Under the pieces are notes generated by a model. It was not told the DNA's origin. It did no database searches and saw nothing but the letters and a program-made list of their open reading frames with translations. Below, one piece after another: positions 12,263 through 25,432 of a stretch of 64,000 nt of DNA (its first letter is position 1; every line of letters begins with the position of its first letter). This DNA is from Felis catus (lineage: Eukaryota), in the NCBI RefSeq assembly GCF_018350175.1, contig NC_058373.1, positions 112,780,001-112,844,000 on the forward strand, in the 5' to 3' direction. The position numbers and the translations under genes are program-made.

Positions 12263-13272
12263 TCATTCACTGTGATCAAGTGGGATATATCCCTGGAATG
12301 CAAGGATGATTCAATACACACAAATACATAAATGTGATGCATTAATAGAATGAAAGAAAAAACATAATCATCTAATAGACACAGGAAAAGCATTTGACAA
12401 AATTCAGCATCCATTCATGATAACCTCAACATAATAAAGGTCATACATGACAGGCCCACAGCTAACATTATACTCAGTGGTAAAATGTTGAAAATTTTTC
12501 CTCTAAGATCAGGAGCAAGACAAGGGTACCCACTCTTTCCACCCTTATTCAACATAGTACTGGAAGTCCTAAAGAGAGCAATCAGGCAAAAGAAATAGAA
12601 GGCATCAGAATTAGAGAAGAAGAAGTAAAACTGTCTATATTTGCAGATGACATGATTTTATCCTTAGAAAATCCTAAAGACTCCACAAAAACCTGTTAGA
12701 ACTAATCAATGAATTCAGTAAAGTTGTAAGATAAAAATTAACTTACAAAAATCAGTAGCATTTCTATACAATAACAATGAAATTATCTGAAAAATAAAGA
12801 AAGAAAATAATCCCATTTATACTAGCATCCAAAACAATAAAATACTTAGGATACATGGATAAAAGAAATTGAAGAAGATACAAATAAATAGAAAGCTATC
12901 CCGTGGTCATGGATTGGAAGAGCTAATATTATTAAAATGCCCAGACAACCCATAGCAATCTGTTGATTCAGTGCAATCCCTATCAAGGTTCCAACAGCAT
13001 TTTTTACACAGTAGAAAACAAAATATCCTAAAATTTATGTGGAACCACAAAAGACCCCAAGTAGCCAAATCTACCCTGAGAAAGAAGAACAAAGAGAGAG
13101 GCATCACTCCCTGATTCTAAGCTCTATTATATAGGTATAGTAATCAAAATAGTGTGGTACTGTCATAAAAACACATACATAGACCAGTGAAACAGAAACA
13201 AGAGCCTAGAAATAAACCCATACATATATAGCCAACTAATACTTGACAAGGGCGTCAAGAATAGTCAATGGA

Positions 13273-13485
13273 GGGGCGCCTGGGTGGCTCAGTAGGTTGA
13301 GCGTCCGGCTTCGCTCAGGTCACGATCTCACAGTTTGTGGGTTCGAGCCCCACGTCGGGCTCTGGGCTGACAGCTTACAGACTGGAGGCTGCTTCGAATT
13401 CTGTGTCTCCCCCCTCTCTGCTCCTCCCCCACTCATGCTCTGTCTCTCTCTCTCCTTCAAAAATAAATAAAAACATTAAAAAAAA
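13273..13485 (+). mobile_element. CanSINE inside L1
   Basis: Flanked by AATAGTCAATGGAG duplication. Confidence 0.93.
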
Positions 13486-14280
13486 TAGTCAATGGAGAAA
13501 AGATAGACTCTTATGATAAATGGTGCAGGGGAAAATTGGATATGCAAATGTAAAAAGAATGAAACTTGACACCTGTCTTAACGGCACTTAAAGAATTAAC
13601 TCAAAACGGATTAAAGACTTAAATATAAGACCTGAAACCATGAAATTCCATGAAGAAAACATGGGAAAAAAGCTCCTTTACATGGGTCTTGGCAATGATT
13701 TTTTTTGGATATAACACCTAAAGGACAACAAAATTAAAAAAAAAATTTTTAATAGGATATCAAACTAAAAATCTTCTGCAGAGTGAAGGAAATGATCGGC
13801 AAAATGAAAAAACAATATAAGGAATGGGGAAAAAAATTGCAAACCATATATCTGATAAGAGGCTAATATCCAAAATATATAAAGAACTCATGCAACTCAA
13901 TACAAAATAACAATAATAATAATAATCCAATTTTTTAACTGAGCAAAAGACCTGAACAAACATTTTTCCAAAGATATACAAGTGGCCAACAGGTACTTGA
14001 AAAGCACTCAACACTTCGTAATCATAAGGGAAATTTTCAAAACCACAAGGAGATATCACCTCATGCCTGTTACAATGGTTATCATCAAAAAGATAAGACA
14101 TAACAAATGCTGGAGAGGATGTGGAGAAAAGAGGACCCTTGTACTGTTGGTAGGATTGTAAATTGGTACAGCCACTATGAAAAAACACTATGGAGGATTT
14201 TGACTCTTAAATCAAGACCCACTTTTCCCACCTCTTTTAAAAATTAAGTTATCCAACAGTCTTTTTCTGAGAAAAGAAAC

Positions 14281-14361
14281 AGCTGTGCTGACAGCTCAGA
14301 GCCTGAAGTCTGCTTCGGATTCTGTGTCTCCTGCTCTCTCTGCCCCTCCCCTGCTCATGCT

Positions 14362-14410
<49 letters not shown>

Positions 14411-14700
14411 AAAAATAAATAAACATTAAAAAAAAATTTAAGTTTGGTTACAAAAGCTAGTTCCCGGGGCACCCAGGTGGCTCAGTCAGTTACAGCTCTG
14501 ACTCTTGATTCCTGCTCAGGTCATGATCTCATTGTTCATGAGATCAAGCTCCACATTAGGCTCTGTGCTGTCACACAGAGCCTGCTTGGGATTCTCTCTC
14601 CCTCTCCCTCTCTCTCTCTCTCTCCCTCCCTCTGCCCCTCCCCTGCTCACGCTCACTCTCTCTTTCAAAATAAATAAATAAACTTATTAAAAAAATAAAA
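14281..14700 (+). mobile_element. Two tandem CanSINEs (first 5'-truncated, 14281-14437; second 14466-14700)
   Basis: Two bodies, each with (CT)n and AATAAA-rich tail. Confidence 0.9.
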
Positions 14701-17700
14701 ACTAATTCACACCAAAAAAATCCCTGAGAACCTTTTCGTCTAGGTATGATCTAAGAGGGGATTTTGGATTTCCATCTCTCTAGCCTATTATATACTTTGT
14801 CATCTGAAAAAGTCACCTAATAGTTGAGTCCAGTTATCCAGGATAGCAATGGATTCATTACAAGGAAGTAGAACCAAAAAAATCTGGGTGGCTACCAAAG
14901 AAAGATGTTTACAAAACTAGTTTGATTGTATGCTTTAGCTAGTTTACAAGTAAATAATAGCTGGGTACTAGACACATACCAATGAATAATTAAAAATGCA
15001 AAAAGCAATATTAAGAATAGGGCAGTATAGATGACATGGTTAAGAGAAGCCTTAAACTAGGAGGACAGGGTGGGGAATAACAATGAAAATAAAGAACCAA
15101 AGAATGTGTATTAAAGCATGGTAGTCAGTTGTGTTTGTTCTATGGATCTTGGGTAGAAGCTCTCTACATCTCATGGTCACAGGTCTTAGTTAGAAGATGT
15201 CTCTTCCAGAGGACTATCTGCCTCTAGAGAGTTCCTAAAAACACCCCAGCTTTTCCACAAATTCAAGAATGGATTATTTCTGAGACATGAATACAAAAAT
15301 CAAACCTTTGGAGTTGCATTGCTGTGCTCATTGCTAACAGTACCTTATAAGGTCATCCAGTGGGGTACCAGAGCTGTCTTTCTCTGATGTCCCTTCCAAA
15401 AGACCATGTCTCTGGGTTTTAGGTCGTGCAAGGATTGTTTAGAAGAGTATTGAGGAAAGACAGTTCATACTTGTTTATGAGACTTGGACAGCAGGAATAA
15501 TCCCATGCCATAATTAGCTCTATCTGCTTCTCAGTGTGGAATTTAGAATCAAAGGTGATCTTCCTACATGTATGGACTGGGCTATTACTAATTCATGTGG
15601 GGAGTTCATGAACCCCAGAAAGACTTGATCTCATTGGCATTAAAGATAATACCTTAGACCATGGAAGTACAAGAGTCTTCTAAGAGTTCAGCTTATTTAA
15701 TTTTCAAAATTATATTTCTTCTCTCTACCTTTCCTGAAGATTGGGGGTGAGACTGACAATAACATATTTAAGTAAGTGGCAAGGCTTTACAAAACTCTTT
15801 AGTAATAGACCCAGTAAAATGGATGCCTCCATTACTAGAGAGGTCATGAAGCCTGTGACCCTAGGCTGGGAACACAAAATCAAGAAAATTTTGTTACTGT
15901 TAGAGTTGTAGTTGATGGTTAAGGAAAGACTTCAAACATCCCAAGAACAAGCAAAGAATGATCAAGGCGTATTCAAAACCCACTATAGAGACTAGTGTTA
16001 TATAATTTATTTAGAGGTGTTTAAGGGGGCCCTGAGGTTTGGGCTTTTGTCCATGTTCCACCTTTAGTTTTACCAGGATTATGTTGGTGGCAAATGAAAT
16101 ATAGTAAAGCTTTCCCATCGATGTAAAGTATGTACATTGGCAAATTTGTTCTTTCACTGGTATGTAATTTCATGTAAAATTTTTACAAGATTCCATTTGA
16201 GGTCTTTCAGTGCTACTAAAATAGCCAATAGTCAATTTACATTGAGAATTCTCCTAGTACCTCTTTTCTGATTTCAGAGCTGGCTTTTAAACCAAACAGT
16301 TGGTCCCTTGGGGTATTCTGAGTTCTATAATCTTGGTGAAGGCTGTCTGTCAGTCTGGCATGATTAATAATCAAAACATTTCCTTTAGCCTCTATATTAT
16401 CTCCTTCTGTTTGAGCTCCTATTTTGTATTATCCACTTCCTCAAAAAGCATTGGAGCATTTAAAAGTTCTATAATTTGCTAACCATTCTTAATTAGGATT
16501 CCTGCTGAGGTCAAAAACCCACCTTATTTCCAAAGCATTTCAAAATCATGGAATAACCCAAAAGCATATCTACTATTAGTGCATATATTAACCCTGTTAT
16601 CTCTAGGTAATGGAAATCTCTGCTGTGCTCACAAGAGTTCTACCACCTGGGCAGATTTGCCTCTGGCAAAGGATCATTCTTATTCTGGGGATGAAGTTTT
16701 ATGACAATTAGGTAGGAAGTTATTGAAGAGCTCATTTTAACTCACAGAAGCCCTGCTCACGTTTGGCACCCAAGGAAGAGGTTCAGTTTCTGAGAACTTG
16801 GTTAAGTCTTATTTTGGCATGGCAGTTTCAGAAAAGTTGAGAACTTATTGCCTGCAATAAGTCAGTGAGACTCAGGAATCCTTTTAATTATCTCTTAGTT
16901 ACTGTCATGGGAAAGTTTTATAAAGTCCTTACTCTGTCGGGAGTAGGAAATTTACTTCCTTGAAACAAAGCATATTCTAGCTAATGACCTTATTGGAAAC
17001 TTTATTTTCTTTGTGCGTTAAAACCGTAAGTAGATAGATGGAATCAGTCTTAGAGGTCACTCCATCTTTAGAACACAACAAAAAGTTATCCACATATTGA
17101 ATAAAAGTACAATCCCAGGGAAATAGAGTCCTTTAGGTCCTGGTTGAAAATTTGTGAAAAGTAGGAGAGTATTTCAGGAAACCTTTGGAACTTGACAGTC
17201 TAGGTATATTGTTGATTTTCTTAGGTGAAGGCAAACAAATATTGACTATTTTGACCTAAACAGTCATTAAAGAAAACAAAACATAAACCTACACCATCAA
17301 ATATGCAGCCTCAGGAGGCAGTGAAGATAAAAGAGGTTTAGGGATGGGTTCTGTGTGAAAAAGGGAAATGACTGTTTTATTATAGGCCTGACATACTAAA
17401 CAAATCCATATCTCCACCCACTGGGCTTTTTGATTGGAAGGATAGAAGTGTTACAAGAATAAGGGCAAAATATGTCGAATCTTTTCTCTATTTACTTTCA
17501 CCTACCAATTTTAGTGCTTCTTTAGATTTGGGTTTAAGAGAGCATTTTGTACTTTGGAGTAGAGGTGTGGATGGCTGGTGTGAATCTTAATGTATTCAGC
17601 CCCAGTAATTCTTGCTATATTAGTTGAATTTTTGCCCACAAAGTGAAAAAGTTCTGGCATTTCCTTGAGATTTTCAATTTGGGGTTGATGTAAACAAAGG

Positions 17701-17754
17701 TACTGGCAAATCAATACCCAAATTAGCTATAATCTCGCAAAAAGGGGAGTCCTT

Positions 17755-17980
17755 GGGGCACCTGGGTGGCTCAGTAGGTTAAGCATCCAACTTCATCTCA
17801 GGTCATGATCTCGCAGTTCACAACTTCGAGCCCCACATTGGGCTCTGTGCTGACAGCTCAGAGCCTGCAGCCTGCTTCAGATTCTGTGTCTCCCTCTCTC
17901 TCTGCCTCTACCCCGCTTGTGTGCGTTCTCTCTCCCCCTCTCTCTCTGTCTCAAAAATAAGTAAACATTTTTTTAAAAAG
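17755..17980 (+). mobile_element. CanSINE inside ERV pol
   Basis: GGGGCACCTGGGTGGCTCAG head to A tail; GGGA(A)GTCCT on both flanks. Confidence 0.93.
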
Positions 17981-19477
17981 ACATAGGGAAGTCCTAAGGG
18001 ATTTCAAGGAAGAGTATTTAATCTAGCAATTTCATTTATACAGTACACTCCTATCAAGTTAGCAGGTATGATATCACAGCGGAGGGAAGTATATTCCTCT
18101 GTTAAATATCTAGGGCATACAGTTATGAATGTAACTGTCAGAGTATTTTTAGAGATGCACACCAGTACATAGTTTTTTACTTCCAGTGGGGAGATCATGT
18201 AACAGTGATAGAGTTTAAGGTTGATACTATATGCCCTGTATCAATAACAAAAAATTTTATAAGGTTGCCCTTGAGAATTTAGAGAAATTTGTCCCTGGGA
18301 ATTTAAGGGTAGAACAAAAAACTGGACACTTGATTCTCCCTCAGAGCACCTTCATTAACTTCATTTTTTTCCCCTTTAGTTTCTTAACTAAGATAAAATA
18401 GTTATTTTTTTCAATGTCCTTTTTATATATAGTATCTGTAAGTATCTTTATCAAAAGATTCCTCCTTTCAGGATTTAAAAACCCTGATAGGAGCATCTAC
18501 TTGTTTTTATCTGTAAGGCCATCCATTAATTGAGTTTTTTGTTGTTATTGCTCTAAGACTCAAAATACTCAGCAGGATGCTAGAAGTCTGGCAATGGTAT
18601 TATTTTCCATATTAGTTTTTGCTTACATACAAAATCCTCTATTTTTGTCTTAAGACAGTTTACAAAAAAAAAAAAACTAGGAGAGAGTTAGGAGTCACAT
18701 CTACTTTAAGGTCTACTCCTGAGTGCTATCTAAAGGTATTAAAGAGCCTCTCCCTGAAATCTCCAATGTTCTCATCCTTTCTTTGCCTATAAGACTACAT
18801 CAAAGCCCAAACTACTTTCTCAGGAAAGACTTTGTAAATAACCTTCAAAAGACCTTGAGCAACTTCTATAGCTTTTCTAAACCCCTCTGGTTTCTTGCAA
18901 GTCAGGTTCTTCCTTTTCTGCCTTTCCTTTGGAATTTTTTTGCATCTCAAGCTTCTACTAGATATTAACTAAATGTTTAGATCTGGAAGCCCTGGATTAT
19001 AAACTTTTAGAATTATTCTTTCTCTGCAAATTTCATTCTATCCTTTCTAGGCTTTGGAAAATCATTGATAATTCTCAGCTCAGAGGAAGAACAGGGCTTA
19101 AAATCAACCCTAGGGGGCATTTTTCTGTTCTGAAGGAAGTTCAAGAGGTAACTGAGCTTTGGAAGTTCTGGCCAGCCAAAAGGAAAGGGAAGTGGAGCAG
19201 AGGGAGAGATGAGGCAGAGGAGAATGGGGCAGTATAGGATGAAGAAAGAGAAATAGTAGGATAAAATCCACGAAGTTCAAGATGTGATTTTGGAGGATCT
19301 AAAAAAGACATTGTTTAAAGTTTTTCACACTTTTATTTTACCTTGGCCAAGGAATTTCTTGGAGCCAATTTTGGAATCTTAATTTCTTTTGGATATTTCC
19401 TCATATAATAAAAAAAATCCAGCCCATTGGATGTTTGGGATTTTGTTCCTTTTTTGTTATATAGCATCTCTCAAATT

Positions 19478-19885
19478 ATTTTATTTTTTCTCCAAATTTT
19501 TATTTAAATTCTAATTAGTTAACATATAGTGTAATATTGGTTTCAGGAGTAGAATTTAGTGATTCATCACTTACATATGGCACCCAGTGCTCATCATAAC
19601 AAGTGCCCTCCTTAGTAGCCATCAATTATTTAGCCCATTCCCCACCTACCTCCCTCCATCAACCCTCAGTTTGTTCTGTATCATTAAGAGTCTCTTATGG
19701 TTTGCTTTCCTCTCTTTTTTTTTTTTTTTCCTCTTTCCCATATGTTCATCTGGGTTTTTTTTTCCCCTAAATTCCACATAAGTGAAATCATACAGTATTT
19801 GTCTTTCTCTGACTGACTCATTTCACTTAGCATAATACGCTCTAGTTCCATCCACATTGTTACAAATGGCAAGATTTCGTTCGTT
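19478..19885 (-). mobile_element. Carnivore L1 3' end inside the ERV gag/leader region
   Basis: NEILPFVTMWMELERIMLSEMSQSEKDKY (ORF2 end) plus carnivore 3'UTR. Confidence 0.9.
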
Positions 19886-20420
19886 TTCAAACAATTTTGT
19901 CTAAATTGAAAGTTCCCCAAAGTGGCCACTGTAACTCTAAATTATCCTTGGTGAAATTAAAGATAAGTGCAAAACTTCGGGTTATAGCATAACTACATGT
20001 AAGAAGTAGGAGTCTGGCCTGAAGGAACATAGATTTAGATTTAGACTAAGACAAACTTGAAAACCTGTGAATAATCCAGCCAAGAATGTTGCTGGGCACC
20101 TCATGTGCCAGGCTTCCAAAACCTAATGGCTGTGCTGTCCCACTACAAACTGACATATTTATAGTTCCAGAACATGGAAAGGCTTGATGGAGACCTTTCT
20201 CCAAAAACCAGACTGTCACTAATAAAACAAGAACATAGATACTTCTCTGACATTGATGAGTGACCCAGGGCAAAGTTTATCTAAAGGTCACAACTTTAAG
20301 AAGAAACCTGAACCTCTCAATTCTGAAGGCCAGTAAGAAAAAATAGACTTACCGGGACTATGTCCATCTTTTTCCAATGAATTGTCCCTTTACAGAGGTA
20401 TAACAACAAAAAATAAATAA

Positions 20421-20464
20421 GTGAATGCATGAATGAATGAATGAATGAATGAATGAATGAATGA
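20421..20464 (+). repeat. (GAAT)n tetranucleotide repeat
   Basis: Read directly. Confidence 0.9.
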
Positions 20465-20796
20465 CTAGAATAGACAGATAGTAATGTGATGTCACATTTC
20501 CACCAAGGATAAAAGCTCTTTTATATATCTGGTCTGATTATCAAAGAAGTCCTAAAAATGCTTTCTTATTCCTAGGAGACAAAATTAACTTAGCACTTGG
20601 AGAGCTGAAAGAAGAATCAAGAGTTCAAACTAATGTGAGACTTTCTTATCTCATTGTAGTAATGGGAGACATTCCCATTCTCTAAAGCTGGAGGCTCAGA
20701 GGGCCTCAGAGGAGCTTGCTGTTATCAAATCAAGAGTCTTGGGCTTTGTTAAGAAGGAGGTCAGTCTTGGCTAGGTCTCTCTGTGGCTTCTATGTT

Positions 20797-21005
20797 TGTT
20801 AAATGCTAGCTCCCCACAAATAAGTTTTTGTAATAAAAGAGAACACCGTTAGTAGCATTTCAGCGTGAGTTCAACTTTGAGGTATTTTAGGATGTTTTGA
20901 AACTAGGTTTAAGTTGAGTTTTTCATTGTGGCAGTTTGGTTAGAATTGGGTAAAATCATGATAAAATAGGTTAGGATTGGTGGACATAGCAAGGCAAGGA
21001 TTTTG
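20797..21005 (-). mobile_element. 5' LTR of the ERV, part left of the MALSU1 insertion
   Basis: Similar to 10525-10715; ends at the pseudogene poly(A) junction. Confidence 0.65.
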
Positions 21006-21554
21006 TGTGTGTGGTGTGATTTTTTTTTTTTTTTAATTTTGGCCATATTCTGCAGAACATTTGCATTTAAACAAAATTAAAACCTGAGCAAAACTCAAGT
21101 TGAACAAAGAGCCAGTGCTAACTCCAGGAGATCCACAGGATTAAAGACAACATATTAAAATTGTGATTTGAACACATTGATTTTTGGTGTATTAGCTCAT
21201 TTAACTACTACCTTAACACGTCAGCATGCATACCCAGGAAGTAGAGAAGGCTTGTGTTAACCACAACCTAACCAACTACACAGAGATAAGGAGTTATATT
21301 TTTCATTTCAAATCTGAAATGACTGAAACAGTTCATTTCATTTTATTCTTACTCATATTCCACTGGAGTCAGATATGAAGTACCATCTTCTCTTCTAAGA
21401 ATGAAGTCTTCATGTTTCAGATGCCATCTAAACTATTGTAGGAATACAGGGTATGTAATTTCTCTAATTAATAGGTTTATTTAGTTTCTGGAACATCAAA
21501 TGAATTACCATGGCTCCCAAAGTCCAAACAGAGCCAGTCATCAGTGTCCTTTCT

Positions 21555-23372
21555 TTCAATTTTTTTTTAAATTAAGGTGAAATTCACATTAAATAAAATA
21601 AAGCTTTTTTTTTTTTTTTTTTTTTTTGAGACAGAGAAAGAGAAGGGTAGGAGCAGAGGGAGAGATAGAACTTTAAGCAGGCTACATGCTCAGCACAGAG
21701 CCTAACACAGGGCTCAATTTCATGACCTAAGCCAAAATCGAGTTGGACATTTAACCAACTGAGCCACTCAGGGCCCCAAAAATAAAGCATTTCAAAGTAA
21801 ACAACTCAGTAGTATTTAGTACATTTACAATGTTGTACAATCCCCACCTCTGTGTAGTTCCAAAACCTTTTCATCACCCCAAAAGGAAATCCCATACCCA
21901 TTAAGCAGTTACTCTCTACTCCCTACTCCCCCCAGCCCCTGGCAACTACCAATCTTGCTTTTTTCTCTGAAGATTTGTCTATTCTGGATGTTTTATATAA
22001 ATGGAATCATACAATTCCATATAAATATGTGATGATTTTGTCTAGCTTCTTTTGCTTAGCTTAATATTTTTGAGGTTCATCCATGTTGTAGCAAAAATCA
22101 GTATTTCATTCCTTCTTGGAAGGAGTAAAATTCCTGCATAAAATTCCATTGTGTAGTTAATACATTTTGTTTATGCATCTGTCAGTTGGTGAACATTTGA
22201 ATGTTTCATCTTTTGGCTTTTGTGAACAATGCTGCTTTGAACATGCCTGTATATGTATTTGTTCGAGTATCTGTTTTCAGTTCTATTCGGTATATACCTA
22301 GAAGGTGGAATTGCTGGTCAGATGGTAATTTATGTTTAACATTCTGAGGAATTGCCAAACTATTTGCCACAATGGCCAAACCATTCTACATTCTCAACAG
22401 CAGTATCCAAGGATCCCAATTTTTCCATATCCTTGCCAAAACTTACTTTATTTTTTTTTTTACAGCCATTCTAGTAGGAGGAAAGCAGTATCTCATTGTG
22501 ATTTGCATTTCCCTAATGAGTAAAAATGTGGAGCATCTTTTCATATACTTGTTTGCCATTTGTATCTTCTTTGGAGAAATACCTGTTCAAGTTCTTTACC
22601 CAATTTTTAATTGATTAGTTTGTCTTTTTGCTGTTGATTATAAAAGTTCTTCATGTATTCTGGGTACTAGATCCTCATCAGATATATTACTTGCATATAT
22701 TTTCTCCCATTCTCTAGGTTGTCTTTTCACTTATTGGTAATGTCCTTTGCACAAAATTTTTTAATTTTGATGAAATTCAATTTAAGTTTTCTTTTGTTGT
22801 GTATGCTGTTGGTATCCTATCTAAGAAATCATTGCCAAATCCAAGGTCATGATGCTTTACTCCTATGTTTTCTTTTAATATGGTTTTAGCTATTATATTT
22901 AAGTCATTGATTCATTTAATTTTTCGTATATAGTGTGAGGTAGGGATCCAACTTCATTCTTTTGCATGCAGATATTCAGTTGTCCCTGTGCCATTTATTG
23001 AAGACACTGTTCTTTCCCCTATTGAATGGTCTTGGCACCCTTGTCAAAAATCAGTTTACCATAGATATATCGATTTATTTCTGGACTCTTAATTCTATTC
23101 CATTGATCTATATTTCTATCCTTATACTGGTCTTACACAGTTTTGATTACTGTAGCTTTGTAGTAAGTTTTTAAATTGGGAATTGAGAGCCCTCCAACTT
23201 TGTTCTTCTTTTTCAAATTGTTTTAACTCTTAGAGTCCCTTACATATGAATTTGAAGATTGACTTTTCCGTTTCTGAAAAAAAGAAAAAAGCCATCAGGA
23301 TTTTGATAGGTATAACAGTGAATCTGTAGATTGTTTTGGGTAGTATTGCCATTTTACAATACTAAGTCTTCT
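21555..23372 (-). mobile_element. Old L1 (L1MB-like) 3' portion inserted in the MALSU1 pseudogene
   Basis: Reverse L1 3'UTR (TTTAGTACATTTACAATGTTGTACAA...) and ORF2 end; T-rich tail near 21560. Confidence 0.88.
21606..21777 (-). mobile_element. CanSINE inside the L1 inside the MALSU1 pseudogene
   Basis: T tail from 21606; AAAATAAAGC on both flanks. Confidence 0.9.
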
Positions 23373-23528
23373 GATCTGTCTTCCTTTAGATCTTAATTTG
23401 AGGCTCACTTTTTATATCTCAGGTGTTTGTACATTTTCACAATGAAGTAGCTATGACATGTAAGTATCTGGTAGAGATTCCACGCCCAATCACAAAGTAA
23501 TCTATGTATTTCATAACTGAAGGAATTT

Positions 23529-23737
23529 GTTTTTAATTTTCTAAGTTTATTTATTTATTTTGAGGGAGAAAGAAAGAGAGAATACGAGCAGGGGAGGGGC
23601 AGAGAGAGGGAATCCCAAGCAGTCTCCACACTGTCAGTGCGGAGCCCAGTGCAGGGTTTGAAATCACAAACTGTGAGATCATGACCTGAGCCAAAACTAA
23701 GAGTCAGACACTTCTGACTGAGACACCCAGGTGCCCC
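23529..23737 (-). mobile_element. CanSINE splitting the MALSU1 coding region
   Basis: TG(A/G)AGGAATTT duplicated on both sides; MALSU1 frame resumes after it. Confidence 0.92.
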
Positions 23738-24037
23738 TGGAGGAATTTTCATTACACAAATATCATTTGCATTTTCTTGCCTCAGAAGTGAAACCAGCAT
23801 ATCAGTGTCAAACTTGGAACTACTGTGATCTACTGTGCCAAACACCAGGTGCTCCTTACCCCACGGCTGCCCCTCCTCCCATATGTCCAGCCACACCTGA
23901 GGGCCAGGCCACTTGACAGTCCTGAAACAGGCCAGTCCCCCAAAGCCAGCAGTGGAGGCCAGGACCCTGTGCCCACAGCATGCCTCACTCCATGGGAAGG
24001 GCCTTTGTACCACAGCAATATGCAAGCCACCTCCAGT

Positions 24038-24285
24038 GCAAGGGTTTGAGGGTGAGAGTTTAAAAAGGTCTTGCTATGTCAGGTATCTTTGATGCTATTT
24101 AAGAGTTCATGGATCTTTCAAGAAGTTCCTAGAATGAATACTAAAGTATTTGTAAGTTTTATCTTCCCAGGTAAGAGTTTTCTGGATTAATAAAGTTGTG
24201 TTGGTGAAGACCTAGAATAGTAAAATCATGTCAATTCTGACCCTAATGTAATAGACAACAGTAGTTATGTAGGCACAAATATCCC
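24038..24285 (-). mobile_element. 5' LTR of the ERV, part right of the MALSU1 insertion
   Basis: Continues the similarity to 10710-11000 from where the 20797-21005 segment stops. Confidence 0.68.
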
Positions 24286-25223
24286 TAGAATACGGAATAA
24301 TTTATCTGCATCCTAACTGGGTGCCTAAAAGAAAGCATCCTTTTTCATTTAACTATGTTTAAAATTGTATGCTAATATCTGGAGATTCTTATTTGAATGA
24401 ATTATAAAATAAGTAAAATATAGGCTCCAGGTTTTGGGTTATATAAAAACAGAACTGACTTTCTCCTTTGAATGAAATAAGAAATTTTACTTCTTCAGCA
24501 GCAAGAAACTAGAATCATGATTCAGTTGAAACACTTCTAAAGTAAGGGATTTCCCATGGCTCAGTTTCAGAACTGACTCAGCAATTCTCTCCTTTTCAAA
24601 TAACTCTTTTCCAGATTGTTTTGCCAGTTCTCAAAGACTAGCACATTTATCCTAGATTTCTAATGGACTTTTAATTTTAAAATAATTTTATCTTAAGGAC
24701 ATGTTTACTTGAAGACATTACTATTTTATTGGGGACACTCATTATATAATAGAACAGGGTTCAGTGGGATGCAGATGAGATGAATATCATCAAAATCCTT
24801 AGCAGAACTATTAAGTGAAAAATTTTAGGTATTTATCTGCAGCTCCTAACTTTCTATGTGGCTTGCTTTTTCTACTTTATGTGTAAAAGTTTGCTAGTCT
24901 TATTCTAATCAACTGAACTTTATTATTTTTAGGGTTCCTCCTACTCATCTTAATACTCAAGCAAAGGTTTCAGAAATTATATTTAATTTAGAATATTATA
25001 TAATACATGATTTTCTATTAATAACCCCACTTATCACATACTTTTAATACCCATACACAAATGTCAGATATTCCATTTTTGCCATCATCATTTTAATGAT
25101 AATGATCTTAAATATCTTTAAGAAACCTATCAGCACACTCACCATCAAATTTGCCAAATATTACCTGTAATGTGAAGAGGGCTCATTAACATCCCTTAGT
25201 TTTTAAAATATTATAGGTCTCAT

Positions 25224-25432
25224 GGGGCGCCTGGGTGGCGCAGTCGGTTAAGCGTCCGACTTCAGCCAGGTCACGATCTCGCGGTCCGGGAGTTCGAGCC
25301 CCGCGTCGGGCTCTGGGCTGATGGCTCAGAGCCTGGAGCCTGTTTCCGATTCTGTGTCTCCCTCTCTCTCTGCCCCTCCCCCGTTCATGCTCTGTCTCTC
25401 TCTGTCCCAAAAATAAATAAACGTTGAAAAAA
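25224..25432 (+). mobile_element. Very young SINEC_Fc-type SINE
   Basis: CpG-rich; TSD AAAATATTATAGGTCTCA at 25205-25222 and 25434-25451. Confidence 0.97.

Larger units (their letters stand above)
11320..14200 (+). mobile_element. L1 ORF2 fragment (RT to C-terminal region) inserted in the ERV 3' region; split by three SINEs
   Basis: FADDMIL at 12640-12660; [13 protein letters not shown] at ~11763-11801; typical L1 A-rich sense strand; frames disrupted. Confidence 0.93.
21020..24037 (-). pseudogene. MALSU1: MALSU1 (C7orf30, RsfS/Iojap family) processed pseudogene, 5'-truncated, interrupted by an L1 and SINEs
   Basis: Minus strand reads [26 protein letters not shown] (~23735-23815), MKYIDYFVIGRGISTRYLH/YFIVKMYKHL (~23380-23525), KDTDDWLCLDFGS/MVIHLM...EDFIL...TPVEYE* (~21350-21553); frameshifts and stops; no introns; poly(T) at 21020-21034 is the poly(A) tail. 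Confidence 0.93.
10525..24285 (-). mobile_element. Decayed ERV1-class (gammaretrovirus-like) provirus with two diverged LTRs, antisense to GPHN
   Basis: Minus-strand motifs in gag-pro-pol order: degenerate CCHC knuckle (~18400-18455), protease VIDTG (~18234-18248), RT CNTSILPIKKP (~17425-17460) and QYVDNFLLCS (~17070-17100), RNase H TNSRYAFG..HDF..LWK..GFLTSAG (~16495-16590), integrase GPY/F-like region (~15275-15425); similar LTR segments at both ends. Confidence 0.85.

Noticed and set aside
20770..20800. Primer-binding site of the ERV
   Set aside because: No recognisable TGG-initiated tRNA-complementary 18-mer; too decayed to assign
23555..24025. 156-aa ORF as a functional MALSU1 retrogene
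   Set aside because: Runs into a SINE after KIPP; downstream MALSU1 pieces have frameshifts, stops and an L1 insertion
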